Source: a virus (Duplodnaviria; Caudoviricetes). From it: 64,000 nt of DNA. The DNA is taken from positions 32,001-96,000 of the IMG/VR virus record IMGVR_UViG_3300025689_000001; one strand, 5' to 3'. Made by a program: the position numbers and the translations under genes. Under the pieces are notes generated by a model that was not told where the DNA came from, did not search any database, and was given only the letters and a program-made list of their open reading frames with translations. Shown here piece by piece: positions 36,571 through 49,634 of this stretch. Within the stretch, counting starts at the first letter, position 1; each line of letters starts with the position of its first letter.

Positions 36571-38766
36571 TTAATATATTTCGATATTCTTTCCGACAAT
36601 CTCTTCACGAATCTGCATTGTTGGAGTATAGGCATGGCGCTTGTTCTGAGGTATAATCTTAAATCCACCTTCAAGCTTGTCCTCTTCAACATCATACTGT
36701 CTTAATTCAATCATTGATTTCTTATCAGACTTTGGAACTAAAACATCAACATCTATTGAGAAAGTAGAAGGATTTCCTGACGCCTGGAGCTATATTTTAG
36801 TTGAAGCTGATATTGCGGCGCGATTAACAATAAACTAAAGTCGTCTGTCTTTACCAGTCTACTGTTCTCTGATGTAAGTCTCACCAACGATTAAGAACTC
36901 ACCCGGGAATGTATCAACATCAATTGACAAATCAGTGCCGATAAAAGTAATATCATTTACATCCTCATCAATTGTGCGGCTACGCTTATAGTAAACGGTT
37001 CCTTGTTTAAGATTGATAAAGTCTCTTTTTACCACACTAAAATAAACAAGATAACAGTTTTCTTTTTCTTCATAATCTGTTATCATAGATTCTTGTCCTA
37101 CATGGACTACGTTGTTTCCTTCTTTAACAATCTTGAAAAGTTTACTATCTTCGGGATAATTACCATACTAATCAGTAACTTTGTTAATAACAAAATCAGC
37201 AGAGGTTAAATTCTCAACCCAATCTGCCTCATATTGGTTTTCCAAATAAGACTTTACCGCAGTTAAATAATCTTCCTCAGTAAGAGAACCTTTCTTATAA
37301 ACTCTTACACACTTCTATGCAAGAATTTTTTCATCAAGAATTTTCTCCATCATAAAAGGTAACATTGTTTTAGCATCATAGAAAACTGTAAAGTTAGACT
37401 AATCATTGCGATATAACTTCTTTACATTTCGCATCTGCTCAATAAGGTCGATTGCAAGTCCTTCCTTTTTATTAACAACACATTTCTCAAAACGGTCAAT
37501 AACCTGAGCTTCATATAAATCATTTTCAAAATGACCTGTCTTACTAAACTCATCAATCTCTTCTGCAATAAAATTGATGACTTCTTGCGGCATAGCAGTA
37601 TAAATTTTATCCTGCATATCACACCAGCATAAATCTCCAATTGCATCTTCAAGATAATGAGGGAATATATAGTAAAGAATATGACTTAAGAAGAATTCAT
37701 TACCTATATGGAAAGTAGGATTGAATCCGCCGTCTTGTGTACTATCCTTATTATACCCAGTAAAGATGCTCTTCAAAATATCAATTGTTGGAGTTACTGT
37801 ATGCATTTCCCCAGAAGGAGTATCTGACCTAAGAGTCATATTGTCGGCGCTAATATAACACCAAACACATTTAAAACCAGAAGGAGTCTTTTCAAGAGAG
37901 AAGTTAATCTGAATAACAATATCATAAGAAGCGTCATGAGTCTCAAGACTTTCCTTTCTTGTAATATCATCTTCTCCCTTCTTTTTAAATGTAACCGTTA
38001 CGTCACGCCAACCGCCCCAGCGTTCTCCATTTTTAAGAGCTGCAACTTCTTTTGCTTCTTCAAGCTCTCGTGCTAAAGATAAATCTTGAATAACAATAGA
38101 AACTCCTTCATAATCATTCGCATTGTAATCAAAATATGGAGCGATATTTCTTGAGTGAGGTGTCTTTTGTTTTCTTCTGTAATAAGCATCCTTCAAAAGC
38201 CATCTATTCTCTGCAACCATAGAATCAATAGCTACGTCCTGCCCTTCTGAATCGTAGAGGTATTTAGAAGTATGATTATTATAGTCTTTTAATCTGTTCC
38301 AAGCAATATCATCGGCATAACCTGTACGAGGGTCAAAACCCGCTTTCTAAGCGCATCTATATATAATCTCCCATTCTCCCTCAGTAAGCTCAGGAGAAGG
38401 ATAAGCCTTTGTAGAATAATGCTTCTGTCCGTACTTATTAGCAACATTAAGTTTTGCAATGGCGGAGGTCCATGGAGACATCTTCGCCATTACTCTACCG
38501 TTCATAAAAGTATTTAAGGACATTTGAGAGAACAAAGCGTCCTCTAATTTCAATTTCAAATCTTTACCGAAGTTCCAAGAAAGAATTTTGCCATTTCCTT
38601 TTCCGCCATTCGCTGGAACGGCAGTAACGCTCTTATCCAAAGAAGTAACTTTTAACGTATCAAAATATAAAACTGGAATATAGAACTCTTCATCACCAAC
38701 TCTTGTAATAGAATAAAATACTACATCAGCGACCTCTTTTATTCCATACTGTTTAAATATATTCAA
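36571..38766 (-). CDS. tail tube-like paralog 4 (~731 aa, TAG read-through)
   Basis: MNIFKQYGIKEVADV...FDTLKV...GGKGNGKILSWNFGKD; C-terminal FPGEFLIVGETYIR. Confidence 0.8.
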
Positions 38767-40679
38767 TCTTCCTCACCTCTTTGTACTAAAGCATTAAATT
38801 CGTCAGGTGACAAATCTTTTGAGAACAATACCTGACGCATATTAGTAAGCCAAGTTCCATCAACTGACCTATATCCTAAGTCTGCCACACCACTGATATG
38901 AGCTGCAACATTAGAAACATCTTCTTGTGAAGACTCAGCGGATTTCTTAAAGCCTTGCTCGTATCCCTCTTCCACAAGTGTACTTGCAATACTACGAGGA
39001 GATGCCGCATCAAGAGTAATATCAATACCAGAAGCTAAACCAACCTTATTCTCCCAAGGCTCAGGATTTAATACTGGATTTGGACTTGTAAATGGTGAAA
39101 CATCTGAGCTACCACTAATATTGTCACAATATTTAGTTGGGCTTGTTTCATACTCTGTTAGCTTCATCATTACTCCATCAGCACGGCGGAGCGCCGTGAG
39201 CTTCATATTAAACACTGTTGGCTCACCTGTTGTAGTTAAACTTATCTTATTATCTGGATGAAGTTTGCAAAGCGGAATTTCAAACTGATAATTATGGTCC
39301 ATTCCAAAACGGTCTCTCTTAGTTGTTTCACCAACTAATCTGTATGTGCCAGGGTAGTGGATTGGGTCAATAATGAGCTGGCTTCCTAAAGCCTCGTGCT
39401 GTTTAGCTTTCGTTCTTGTCCATTTATAGTAATACTCTCCTGCTCTTATAATTCTTAAGTTACCAGTTATTCTCTTTCCACTCTTAGTGTAGTATTCATA
39501 ACTGTTAGGTCTATAAGGCTAAAGAGTAGTTGGGTCAATAAAAACAGTTAACTCTGTTTGTGAATATTTTGTGATATAGCGATAATTGCTATGGTTTAAA
39601 TTTGCATCTGTGTCTATACAGAAGCAACAAGGAGCTTGAACTTTTTCAATACGCTCGATAAGCTCTACCTTTTTATATGCTGTATCAATATCATATATCA
39701 CATTTTGCGGCGGCGCAACGTTGGTATTATACTCAACTCCGACGTTTGCAAAATAACGATAAGGCAAGTATTTATTTTCTTTATAAAAATCATACTCAAT
39801 TTCAGTCATTTCACTGTATTTCTTATCTTTTGCACAGCCTTTTCTATATCCATCAATGTATAAGTTTTGAGTTAAGAACCAAGGAGTTTCTGGCTTAGAA
39901 TCTTCATTTGGTCCCCATGTGACTCTTTCAACTTTTTCAGTGTATTCAGCTAAGTTCTCTTTAATGTAGTTAAAGGTTTCTTTACTAAATTGTGAATAAG
40001 TATTCATAAGTCTTGTAAGTTCTTCAATGGTTTCTTCTTCTGAAAGAGATTTAATCAATTCCCAAGAATTGAAGAAATACCATCTCTATGTCTACTCACG
40101 ATAGAATAGAATTAACTTCTCAAAAGAAACTCTTTTTCTATCAGTGTTTGAAGTTATAAATCCATCTACCAGCCAACAGTAAATAGAAGCCTATCCAACA
40201 TATTCTTTATCATAGCCCTCTTCAGGTTTCTCACAATGACATGGATAAGTTTCATGGGCTGGTTTTCTATCAGGGATAATAAAAAAATCTGAAAACTTTT
40301 CTACCGTTAAAGTAGCAGTTCTCAGACAAGTATCTGGCGTATTATTATCAGTATTTCTATCAAAGAAATATTGCAGAGAAAGCTATAATCCTTTCGCGTC
40401 TAATTTTCCGCCCCAGTTCATACTGGCACTTGCCGGAGTAAAGAGTGCGTCTTCTAATGTAACGACAATATCTTTACCATAATCCCACGTTATTAATTTT
40501 GGATTTCCTATGCCTCCCTGTGCAGATGTCTACTAAGTAGTTTCCTCTACAGTGGACACCCTGAGGGTGTCCATGTAGAGAACAGGGATATAGATTTCGT
40601 CATCGTTTTCATCAAGCTCAATGGCATAAAGACAAACATCTGCAATTTCTTTAATGCCATATTGCTCAAATATATTCAT
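38763..40679 (-). CDS. tail tube-like paralog 3 (~638 aa, TAG read-through)
   Basis: MNIFEQYGIKEIADV...GGIGNPKLITWDYGKD; YPGTYRLVGETT.R. Confidence 0.8.
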
Positions 40680-40694
40680 CTAATCCCTCCTTCA

Positions 40695-42797
40695 TTATTT
40701 TGCAGAAATCTTTGTTGAACCGTCCTTTGCAACCATTGAGCCAGAGCAGCCCTGCTTCATTTCCTTTTCTACTTCGTAGAAAGCAATCTCCATAGGAACA
40801 CCATTTGGAGGAGTAGCTACTTCAACATCAAGGTTGAATGTTGTTGGGTCACCGTCTGCCTGAAGAGTCAAGGTCTGGTCAGACTTAATCTTACAAAGTG
40901 GAAGACTAATCTGAACTCTCTCATCTTCACCAGTTTCTCTCTCGCGGATAAGTGTCTCGCAGACAATCTTATACATACCTGGGAATACACCCTGCTCAAC
41001 GAAAATCTTCTGAGCCTTAAGAGGATTCTGCTTAGTGCTCAAAGTAAGAGACTTCTTGTAGTAAGGCTCGCCCTGATGGAACCAATAGTCGTCATCATAA
41101 GGCTGCATAGTCTTTGGGTTAACATAAGCCCAGATAGCGCGGCTTAGATTATCTCTCTTGCAGCAAGGAGTGCAAGCGTTGTCTTCCTCTGCCTGACCAA
41201 CCCATGATGGGTCGTCAAGTGTGTAGTCCTTACCAACAGCTTCCTTAACCATGTCAGGTTCTGCATCTTCGTCCATTGTAATAGTAAATGGACCTGCTTC
41301 AACGATTGCGCTAATAGAACCAGTCTCAAGAGAACCGAAGTCGTAACCAACTCCACCGTATGCAGTTTCTGATGAGAAACCTAAGTTATATTTTTTAGCA
41401 AGTTTCAACATAACATCATTTTCATCAAGAACGCCATAAAGAGTAAATTCTTCAGCGGTTAAACCTGTGCCGATATCTGCGGTAAAAGTAGTGGTTTCAT
41501 CAAGAATCTTGTCTTCTTCCCACTCTTCTCTTAAACCACCGCTTCCGAGTGTCCAGTTTGTAACATGAATCTTAGAACCTGCCTTTACAGTAAACTGAAC
41601 ATCTGTCTGAACTTCAGGGTCAACTACAACCTTAGCAACGCCAGGCTTTAAGCTCTTGTTTGCTCCTCTATCTTCAAGACCATGATGAATAACCTTTGGT
41701 CCAATATCAAAGATATTATTCTCATACTTAGTAATTAAGTAGTAAGAAAGAGCATTGATTGAATCAAATCTTACCCAAAGGTCAATATTTCTGAACTGGT
41801 CTGTATTAATCTAAGGAATCTCAACCCAAGCAGTATCTTCACCAGATACGTGGTCTTCAACCTGTCTCTTCAAATCCCAGTCAACATTCTTTGCGCCAAG
41901 GTAAGCTCTGATTGAACCGTCCCAGCAAACACGAATCTTAAGATAAGGATAGTTATCAGCATCAGCAAGGTAGCCAAGTGCTACATCGTCTTCTGTTACT
42001 GTGCAAGCCTGAGTCTGCTCGCCCTGTTCAGCCTGCTTGTGATAAATAATTCTTGCGCAAGGAGATTCATCTGAGTACTGGTCATAACCCCTAAGATAGA
42101 TAATCTCATACTTAAAGGCTTCTGAAGGCTGATTAATGCCGACAGTCTGCATTCTCTTAATTGGGTATGACTTACCATAAATAGAGAAGAATCTATCTGG
42201 AACAACTGCAACGGATTTTACAGCTGTCTCAATTTCCAAATGCCACTTATAAGGCTTGCCATCGACATAGCCAAAGCCCTTAATATTAACACCGTCAAGA
42301 ATTGAAGAACGCTGTAAGTATACAGGGTCGCCGCTCTGGTCAAGAAGAATATCTTCCTTACCATCACGAGGAAGAAGATTACTTACTACTGCGTTGACAG
42401 TATCATTTCTTGGATAGAAAGCCTTCTCCATACGAGAAATTCTTTCAGTTGCACAGTCAAGGTTAACAAGACCTGTCTGGTGCTGAATGTGAGCATCCTT
42501 CCAATCTGCACTCAAAACGCCGCCCCAGCAAAGACCGAGAGAAGCAGGAGTGCAAAGTGCATCTTCAAGTGTTAAGTTAATTGTTTTTCCATAGTCCCAA
42601 GAGATAAGTCTTGAATTACCAAGACCACCCTGAGACCAGGTATTTTCAGCAGTTTTTTCAACTGTTGTAACCTTTAAAGTATCAAGGTAAAGTGCAGGAA
42701 CGTAATAAACGTCACCAGAGCCATCCTCCTTTTTGTGAATACTGTAAATAGTTACGTCAGCAACTTCTTTAATACCATACTGGTCAAAAATATTCAC
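40695..42797 (-). CDS. tail tube-like paralog 2 (~700 aa, TAG at 41811)
   Basis: MNIFDQYGIKEVADV...GGLGNSRLISWDYGK; FPGMYKIVCETLIR. Confidence 0.82.
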
Positions 42798-42825
42798 TAT
42801 CTATTCACCTCACAATCTTATAGTA

Positions 42826-42858
42826 GAAAGTGCGCCAACCATCACTGATTGGCGCACT
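42826..42858 (-). terminator. intrinsic terminator after the major tail gene
   Basis: AGTGCGCCAA...TTGGCGCACT stem followed by UUUC on the minus strand. Confidence 0.7.
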
Positions 42859-42865
42859 GATTGCA

Positions 42866-45800
42866 TCAATACTCTGTTGCGCCGATTACCAATTCCTCAT
42901 CTTCTCCACCGCTTACTTTATACATTTCAGCATCGTCAAGGAGGTTGAGGTTCTCAGTATCCTTAACCATTGTAGAGCCGTCATTCTCTTCATCGTTATC
43001 AACAACATCGAACTGAACAAACTTCATCATTACGCCGTTGTCTGGACGAAGAACATCCATTGTGAAGCTGAATACTACAGGGTCACCATCTGCCTCAAGG
43101 GTAATTGATGTGCTTTCTGCGGACATCTTAGCTTCAGGAATGATGAACTGGAATCTCTGGTCCTCACCAGTAGCCTTGTCTCTTACAAGTGTCTCACCGA
43201 CAACTCTGTAAGTGCCAGGGAACTTATCAGCAGAGATTTCAATTGTGTTACCAATGCTGTTGCCATCATATGCAACAGAACGAGTAAACTTGTAAATAAC
43301 CTCGCCTTCTGCAATAGGTGTACCATCCTGGAATGGCTCCATTGTCTTAGGGTCGAAGTAAACTGCCTGAGCAGTAACGTTTCCTTCAGAAGGAGTACCT
43401 TCATGATTGCCAGCAGGGATAATGAAGTTACGCTTAGCTGTAATCTTCTCCATTCTGTCAATCATTGTTGTATCCTTTACGCCGTTCTTGAGGTCACCGT
43501 GCTCGCCAGCCCAAATAGCTGCCATTGAAGCAGGTGTGTAAAGAGCATCTTCGATTGAAAGAGTGATTTCCTTACCGTAGTCCCAAGTGATAAGCTTAGC
43601 ATTACCACGACCACCAGTAGCATCAGTCTTCTCAGATGCCTGCTCAAGAGTAGAAACCTTCAAAGTATCAAGGAAGAGAACAGGAACGTAGCGGAGTACA
43701 TTCTTCTTTGTTCTACGAATCTTGATTGAACCAACTGTGCAAGTTGCATCGAAAGTCTCGTCACAAACTGTGATATCCACTGTGTGGATAAGACCGTTCT
43801 TAACAATTCTCTCAGCCTGCTTGTCAGTGATGTAACCATTATCGTTAATCATCCAAGCTACCTTTTCAACATTCTTTGTGCAATGTCTGTTTACTACGAA
43901 TACAAGACCGAATGTGCCGATAACTACAAGAGCAAGGAATGGAGTACCTGCAAATACCTTATCCTGGTAGTAAAGTCTGTTGCCCTTCTTGTCATAGAAC
44001 TCGAAGATACCAACCTTATCGCCGGCAAGTGCACGACCGTTAATATTCTTAAGTAAGTAGATGTTTGCACGATTAGCAAGAACACCATTCTCAGCGTCAA
44101 CATAGATTGCTCTATTTGACTCCATCTGAGCAGTTGAAGTAACTCTAATCTGTCCTACCTGACCATTTAAGTCTGCTGTAGAAAGTGCCTGAATTACACT
44201 GTCAAGATTGTAAAGTGAAGAAAGTTTCTTGCCAGTAATAACGTCATTAAGTACTACACCATTAAGAGTGTAATCCTCATACTGTACGCCGCGACCAACA
44301 TCGTCAAGAGGAGTTACAGACTGAGAAGCCTTACCAGTTACCTTATAGCCACCGAATACACGAGTATATCCTGTTTCTGTAAAGTCTGCGGCGCCGTCAA
44401 TAAGTTTCTTCTCTCCCTTAAGAGCGTCAATAGCATCATTAATACTGTAATGAGTATCATCGCCCCATGTGTTAACAGCGTTATAAATACCAAGGTCAGT
44501 ACCTCTCTTTGTCTTAGACCAGTCGCTGTAAGTTACACCATCAGGTGTGAAGAAACTTACCTTCTGTGTCTTCTTGTCAAGGTAGTAACCAAGCTGCTGA
44601 GGAAGGTAATAACCCATCTCATCTTCAACAAGAAGCTCAGCATAATCTGTATAAGTAATATCATAAGCCTTAGCTTCGATTGTATCTCTCAATTCCTTGA
44701 TTGCTTCATCAACCTCTTCAAGGTCGTAAAGGTTCTCAGAAATTCTACCAGAAAGACCAACAACTACAACTCTTTCCTTACCATTAGGAGCTGTTGCAAA
44801 GTTATCGTCAAATTCAAAACCGCCGAAGAGCTGGTCAGGATTTGCGAACTGATAACGTGTGCCAGCCTTTGTGATAAGGTTCTGGTTCTTAGCAAAGAGC
44901 ATGCAAACCTGCTCAGGATATGAGAATTCGTGAGTACCAACTGCACGGTCTCTGTCCATTGCGTAGTGACCTACATCTGCGCCTTCGCCAAGGTCATATC
45001 TACCAGTTGTCATTTCATCAGAAGATGTAAGAGTAGCTGTGAAGGAAATAAGGAACTTGTTGTAACCAAAATCTTCAACAACTTCAACTTCACCAACTGT
45101 GGTATTGCTTGCTGTCAAATCAGCAAGAGCACTTGAGATTTCTACTGTAGCTGCAACAGTTACATTTTCGTCTGTCTCAGCAACGCCAAGAAGAGCAATA
45201 ACCTGTGCTGCAGAAAGTGTGCCGCCCTTAGCTGCGTTTACGATTGCTTTTGTAGCTGCATCAAGAACAGCATTATCGAATGTGAAAGTAAGTGTACCTT
45301 CAACTTCGTTACCTGCTTCTACGCTTGGGTCGTAAGTAATACCAACTGTAATAACACCAGTGAATGCATCTTCAGTTGCACTACCTGTTCTTACAGGCTG
45401 TGTAAGACGAACTACAACGCCAATGCTGTCGTAAAGACCCTTCTGAATAAGCTGGAATCTACCCATAATCTCTTCTGGAGTAGCATCAACAGGAGCAGTG
45501 AAAGTAATGTAACCCTCAGTAAGAGTATCATCTTCAAATGTAAGCTCACCATTGTCGCCAACATACTCAATAAGGTTAGCCTTAGTAATCTTATCAAATT
45601 CAACAGGAGCAACAAACTCTGAACGAAGAGTCATAATCTCGCGTGTGTTAATTGCACCGTCGATTTCCTTAGTAGTACCCTTACTAATAACAGAGCCGAT
45701 ATTGTCGCCACTGATACCAGTAATTACATAACCGTTAATAAGAAGTTCAGCAAGTCTGTCTCTGAGATTGCGATTTGTCTGCTTCTCAACAAGAGAAAGA

Positions 45801-46249
45801 ATAGTTACATTCTCTGCATCGAAAAGGTTAGGAAGACCATCGCTGTCTTCGTCAGCGATAAGATAGTCCTTAATTGCTGCGAGAGTAACGCCTGAGATAA
45901 CTTCGCCATCAGTAAATGGCTCTGTACCAGCAATAGCAGGATTCTCATTATCAACAAAGAGGGCTGAACCCTTAACTTCGATTACATCGTCACAGTCATA
46001 GTTAAAATGAGTAAGAACATCTGCATCCTTGAATACATATGCCTCATAGCCTTCAGCTACGCCCTTGCCGTCCTCGTCAAGAGGATAAACCATATCTTTT
46101 ACAAGAGCACCCTTGAGGATTGAGGAAATTGAGATTTTTCTCTGTGACTCATATGTTTCGTCCTTTCTTTCAATACGGTAAAGAGTTACGTCAGCAACTT
46201 CTTTAATGCCATATTTCTCAAAAAGATTCTGTGCCATGTTTGTCATCAA
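42866..46249 (-). CDS. major tail tube protein (paralog 1, 1127 aa, with a very large internal insertion)
   Basis: EKYGIKEVADVTLY then ~830 aa before VPVLFLDTLKVSTLEQ...GGRGNAKLITWDYGK...FPGTYRVVGET; AGGAGG RBS; high-expression codon bias; no TAG; followed by a terminator. Confidence 0.75.
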   Translation of the reverse strand: MMTNMAQNLFEKYGIKEVADVTLYRIERKDETYESQRKISISSILKGALVKDMVYPLDEDGKGVAEGYEAYVFKDADVLTHFNYDCDDVIEVKGSALFVDNENPAIAGTEPFTDGEVISGVTLAAIKDYLIADEDSDGLPNLFDAENVTILSLVEKQTNRNLRDRLAELLINGYVITGISGDNIGSVISKGTTKEIDGAINTREIMTLRSEFVAPVEFDKITKANLIEYVGDNGELTFEDDTLTEGYITFTAPVDATPEEIMGRFQLIQKGLYDSIGVVVRLTQPVRTGSATEDAFTGVITVGITYDPSVEAGNEVEGTLTFTFDNAVLDAATKAIVNAAKGGTLSAAQVIALLGVAETDENVTVAATVEISSALADLTASNTTVGEVEVVEDFGYNKFLISFTATLTSSDEMTTGRYDLGEGADVGHYAMDRDRAVGTHEFSYPEQVCMLFAKNQNLITKAGTRYQFANPDQLFGGFEFDDNFATAPNGKERVVVVGLSGRISENLYDLEEVDEAIKELRDTIEAKAYDITYTDYAELLVEDEMGYYLPQQLGYYLDKKTQKVSFFTPDGVTYSDWSKTKRGTDLGIYNAVNTWGDDTHYSINDAIDALKGEKKLIDGAADFTETGYTRVFGGYKVTGKASQSVTPLDDVGRGVQYEDYTLNGVVLNDVITGKKLSSLYNLDSVIQALSTADLNGQVGQIRVTSTAQMESNRAIYVDAENGVLANRANIYLLKNINGRALAGDKVGIFEFYDKKGNRLYYQDKVFAGTPFLALVVIGTFGLVFVVNRHCTKNVEKVAWMINDNGYITDKQAERIVKNGLIHTVDITVCDETFDATCTVGSIKIRRTKKNVLRYVPVLFLDTLKVSTLEQASEKTDATGGRGNAKLITWDYGKEITLSIEDALYTPASMAAIWAGEHGDLKNGVKDTTMIDRMEKITAKRNFIIPAGNHEGTPSEGNVTAQAVYFDPKTMEPFQDGTPIAEGEVIYKFTRSVAYDGNSIGNTIEISADKFPGTYRVVGETLVRDKATGEDQRFQFIIPEAKMSAESTSITLEADGDPVVFSFTMDVLRPDNGVMMKFVQFDVVDNDEENDGSTMVKDTENLNLLDDAEMYKVSGGEDEELVIGATEY

Positions 46250-46264
46250 CCTCCTTTTTTAAAA

Positions 46265-47014
46265 TTAATCATCGGGATTTGCTCCCCAATATTTAGCTTT
46301 AATTTTCTTAGAATCTGCACCTGCGCAAAGCATTTGTATATCCTAAGTCCATTTTTCTCTCAACTGATGTCTCTATATCAATCCATAGAAAGCATAAATT
46401 GACTTGTTTTTATAGTCAATTCCAAATACTTCTGCAATCTCCATCAGGTCTGCTAAATCCTGAGCCCCACCTTGTTTCTACTACTACTTGCGCTTAACTG
46501 CATCGCGCTATTCTGCTGCCAATCGCATCTTACGAGCGAATGGTGACTCATTTTCTGGCGGCGGCACTGGAACCTTTTTTCGATTTTGAAGGTTTAGAAT
46601 CGTCTAAAAATCAATGAAATTTTTCTCAGTGATTAGGCGTTTTTCAGCCATTGGACCAATAAGGACCGAGTTGATTTTAGGAAGTAATGTAATCTCTTCC
46701 TTAATAAAAGTAGCGAAAGCAGCTTGGAGCTCTAAATAAAAACTATCATTAGCTTGCGCTGACTTTAAAAGAAATGGAAGAGGAGACAAGTCCGTGTTTT
46801 CATTAACTTCGACTCCCTTCTCTTCCATTATTTTTCTTATTTCGTCGGAGGTTAACAACAACATACCTAAACGAGAACTATATACATTACTTCCCATTTT
46901 CAACATTTCTCCGACGAGAACAGGGTGAACATAGCAGACTCCTGGAAGCCGTGAGGGGTAGCCTGCATACGCCTGTTCTTTTATAACAGTCATTTCATTA
47001 GCTGAAATTGACAA
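46265..47014 (-). CDS. hypothetical neck/tail assembly protein (TAG read-through)
   Basis: Frame continues past TAG 46604 to ...MLCAGADSKKIKAKYWGANPDD TAA. Confidence 0.72.
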
Positions 47015-47510
47015 TTTGGAACCTCATCAAATAACTTCCTGTTTGGTTAGTAAGAGATGAGATATCAAAACCAAGATACTTGATTTCACCAAGACCATTG
47101 ATTCGTTTATTTTGGAGAGATTTACGAATCTCTGACATTATCGCAAATGGACGAAGCTGATTGCCAGCAATAATCCACTCCTTATAAGGACAATAGCAAT
47201 AAACAAGAAGTGTTACTGCTTCATGTGCATTTTCATCTGTAACCTCTGAACCAGAGAAAACAAGAACAAGTTTACTTGCTGTTGTTTCGTCCTCTGAAGT
47301 TACAAGTGGAACAATTCTTATATTTTTACCAAAAAGCTCATTTATTGTATCTTCAATATCAGGATGCAAATCTGGATTGATTGGGTCCAAATCTGTATTA
47401 ATCAAGAGCTTACATAAATTCTGATTATCCAAGAGCTTTTTAGCTATCTTACCTAAATTCGGACCGAGTTCCTGTCCGTAGTTAACCTATGATAACATTG
47501 ATGTATCCAT
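46998..47510 (-). CDS. putative tail terminator/neck protein
   Basis: Position in the head-tail joining block; AGGAG RBS; one TAG near the N-terminus. Confidence 0.6.
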
Positions 47511-47512
47511 TG

Positions 47513-48268
47513 TCAATCAACTCCTTTCCTCTTATTCAAAGCGTTTAAGAAGAAATTATCATCCTCTCCAACTGGCAAGTCTTGAGATGTTTTAGGCTCT
47601 GGCGGCGAAACAAGGTATTCAGCAATTGAAACTAAAGCAACGCCATCAATGCTTAAATTATCTTTACCGACTATCTCCCATCCTCTACCTTTGTAGTCAA
47701 AATACAAGTTTTTCTACAAGAAGTCTTCGTCTTTAGTAATAAACTTTCTATGAGCTAACGGCTCCCTATAAGAAACAGCACCATAGGAAGTGAATTTGTC
47801 TTGAACATAAACAGATGTTTCACTTACAAACTTCGCCGGGATAGTACGTATTGTATCTCCATAAGCGTCAGTATTGTTAATAAATGAATCGAGTTTAATT
47901 GCTTCATATTTCTGATAGCCATGAGACAAATCCTCACTAACCATCATTATAATATAAAACTCGTCTAACTCTGCATCTTTAACTTTCTGAAAGGTTCTAA
48001 GTATATCACCTGTCTTAAATTTCTGAGCAGATGTTGAACAAAGAATATTGGAGAGAATCTGTTCTTGTTTCCACTTCGCCGGCTGAATATTACATGGAAT
48101 TTCAATCGGCTCACCGTTGAGCTGATAAATACAAGCCAAGTACTTACTCTTTGGCATTTTGATTCTATCAAACTCACGTTCTTTGCTTGTTCTTACTCTC
48201 TCCTAAATTGTTGTACCATCTTTGTTCATTCTTTTCAAATAACAATCTGTAAAATAATTCCCTGTCAT
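47513..48268 (-). CDS. putative head closure/connector protein (TAG read-through)
   Basis: Two track ORFs in one frame; extends to ATG 48268. Confidence 0.62.
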
Positions 48269-48537
48269 ATTACATCAATCCTGTCAATTAAGTTCATACA
48301 TTCAAAAATTGTCTTTCTGAAGTATTTATAAGACAGGTATCTGCATCGGGAAAGTTTAGCCACGAGAATGTAGTAGTCATAACTGCGGTCATCATTCGGT
48401 GCCAAATCAGTTAAATCAACTAAAATGTTGTCAAGAAAATCTTCCCATGACCCATCTTTTTCTTTTTCACAGAGAAGTCCGTAAAGACGGTTCTTCAAGA
48501 CTTCTTTGTGTTTAGCGGCGAAATCTTGCTTGTCCAC
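48265..48537 (-). CDS. hypothetical protein
   Basis: GGAGGTG RBS before GTG 48537 (MDKQDFAAKH...). Confidence 0.7.
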   Translation of the reverse strand: MDKQDFAAKHKEVLKNRLYGLLCEKEKDGSWEDFLDNILVDLTDLAPNDDRSYDYYILVAKLSRCRYLSYKYFRKTIFECMNLIDRIDVI

Positions 48538-48991
48538 GTCTTGCACCTCCTCCTGATAATTTCTTATAATCAAAAGTACGATGTTGTGGTGAACGATAGT
48601 AATTTGCTTCAAGCTATCTTGCATCAGCAGTAACCTAATCTTTTAACTTAATAAAGTTACTTAAAAGGTTAGCTTGTGAGAAATCCGCTTCATCATACTG
48701 TGTTTTAATATTTTCCCAAGAATCAACCGTTCTTTTAAGCCACTCTTGCTTCATGAAAGTTGCAAGCACCTGTATTTCAGCTTGTCCCATCTTTTCATCG
48801 GTGAAACACTGATGCTCTTCATCAATGTCCAGGCGGCATCTCGGGAACTTAAAATAAGGTATAGCGGAATTAAGGAAGGCTCTCCAATCAAGGAGAAACC
48901 ATTCCAAATCTTCCTATGAGTAGCTATGTGACCAGTCGTCTTCATTAACTTTTGCTAAGAACGCTCCATAAACGTCCATTAAAGTAACCAT
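48512..48991 (-). CDS. putative head-tail adaptor (TAG read-through)
   Basis: MVTLMDVYGAFLAKV...FSQANLL...; position after the capsid genes. Confidence 0.65.
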
Positions 48992-49003
48992 TCACATCAC
49001 CCA

Positions 49004-49540
49004 TTATCGAGGGCTGAATACACCTTCAGGTCTCTTTTCTTCCTTACCTGCGTTTGCTTTTTCAGCATCAGCCTCAAGTCTCTTTCTTGCAATCATTGCA
49101 ATAACATCTTTTCCGCTTCTCTCTTTCAAGTAGTTAACCTTATCATTATCAATTAAGTTATGCTCAACAGCATACTTAACTACTTCGTTAACCTGCTCAA
49201 GAGAAACTGTATCCATCTCCTTCTTAAAGTCATCAAGACTTCTAACCTTAAGAAGAGTCAAAATCTGTTCAGGTGTAAGAACCTTAATATTTGTTGGAGC
49301 TTTTGCGTCAGGACTTTCAAGTCCAAGGTCAATCTTGGTCTGCATATCATCAATATAAAGCTGACCAGTCTTAATCATGTACTGAAAACCATTATCCTAT
49401 AAAAGCTGTTCTACCGTTTCGAAGGGGAGCATCTGAACAACGCCTTTACCAGGAAATTCTCTTTTAATTCCATAAGCAGGAGCATAAATTTCAGTTGTCT
49501 TTGCAACTGTGCTTCTGAGTTTTACCATTCTTGTTTCCAT
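49004..49540 (-). CDS. hypothetical head-associated protein (one TAG)
   Basis: AAGGAGG RBS, ATG 49540, in frame with track ORF 49004..49378. Confidence 0.75.
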
Positions 49541-49569
49541 TATTAAATTCCTCCTTTAATCTCAATAAT

Positions 49570-49604
49570 AAAAGGGCAGGTGAGAATTCTCACCCACCCC
49601 TTTT
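49570..49604 (-). terminator. intrinsic terminator after the capsid gene
   Basis: GGG..GGTGAGAATTCTCACC..CCC stem with U-run. Confidence 0.65.
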
Positions 49605-49634
49605 AATCACGTATTCTTACTTACTTAACCGAAA

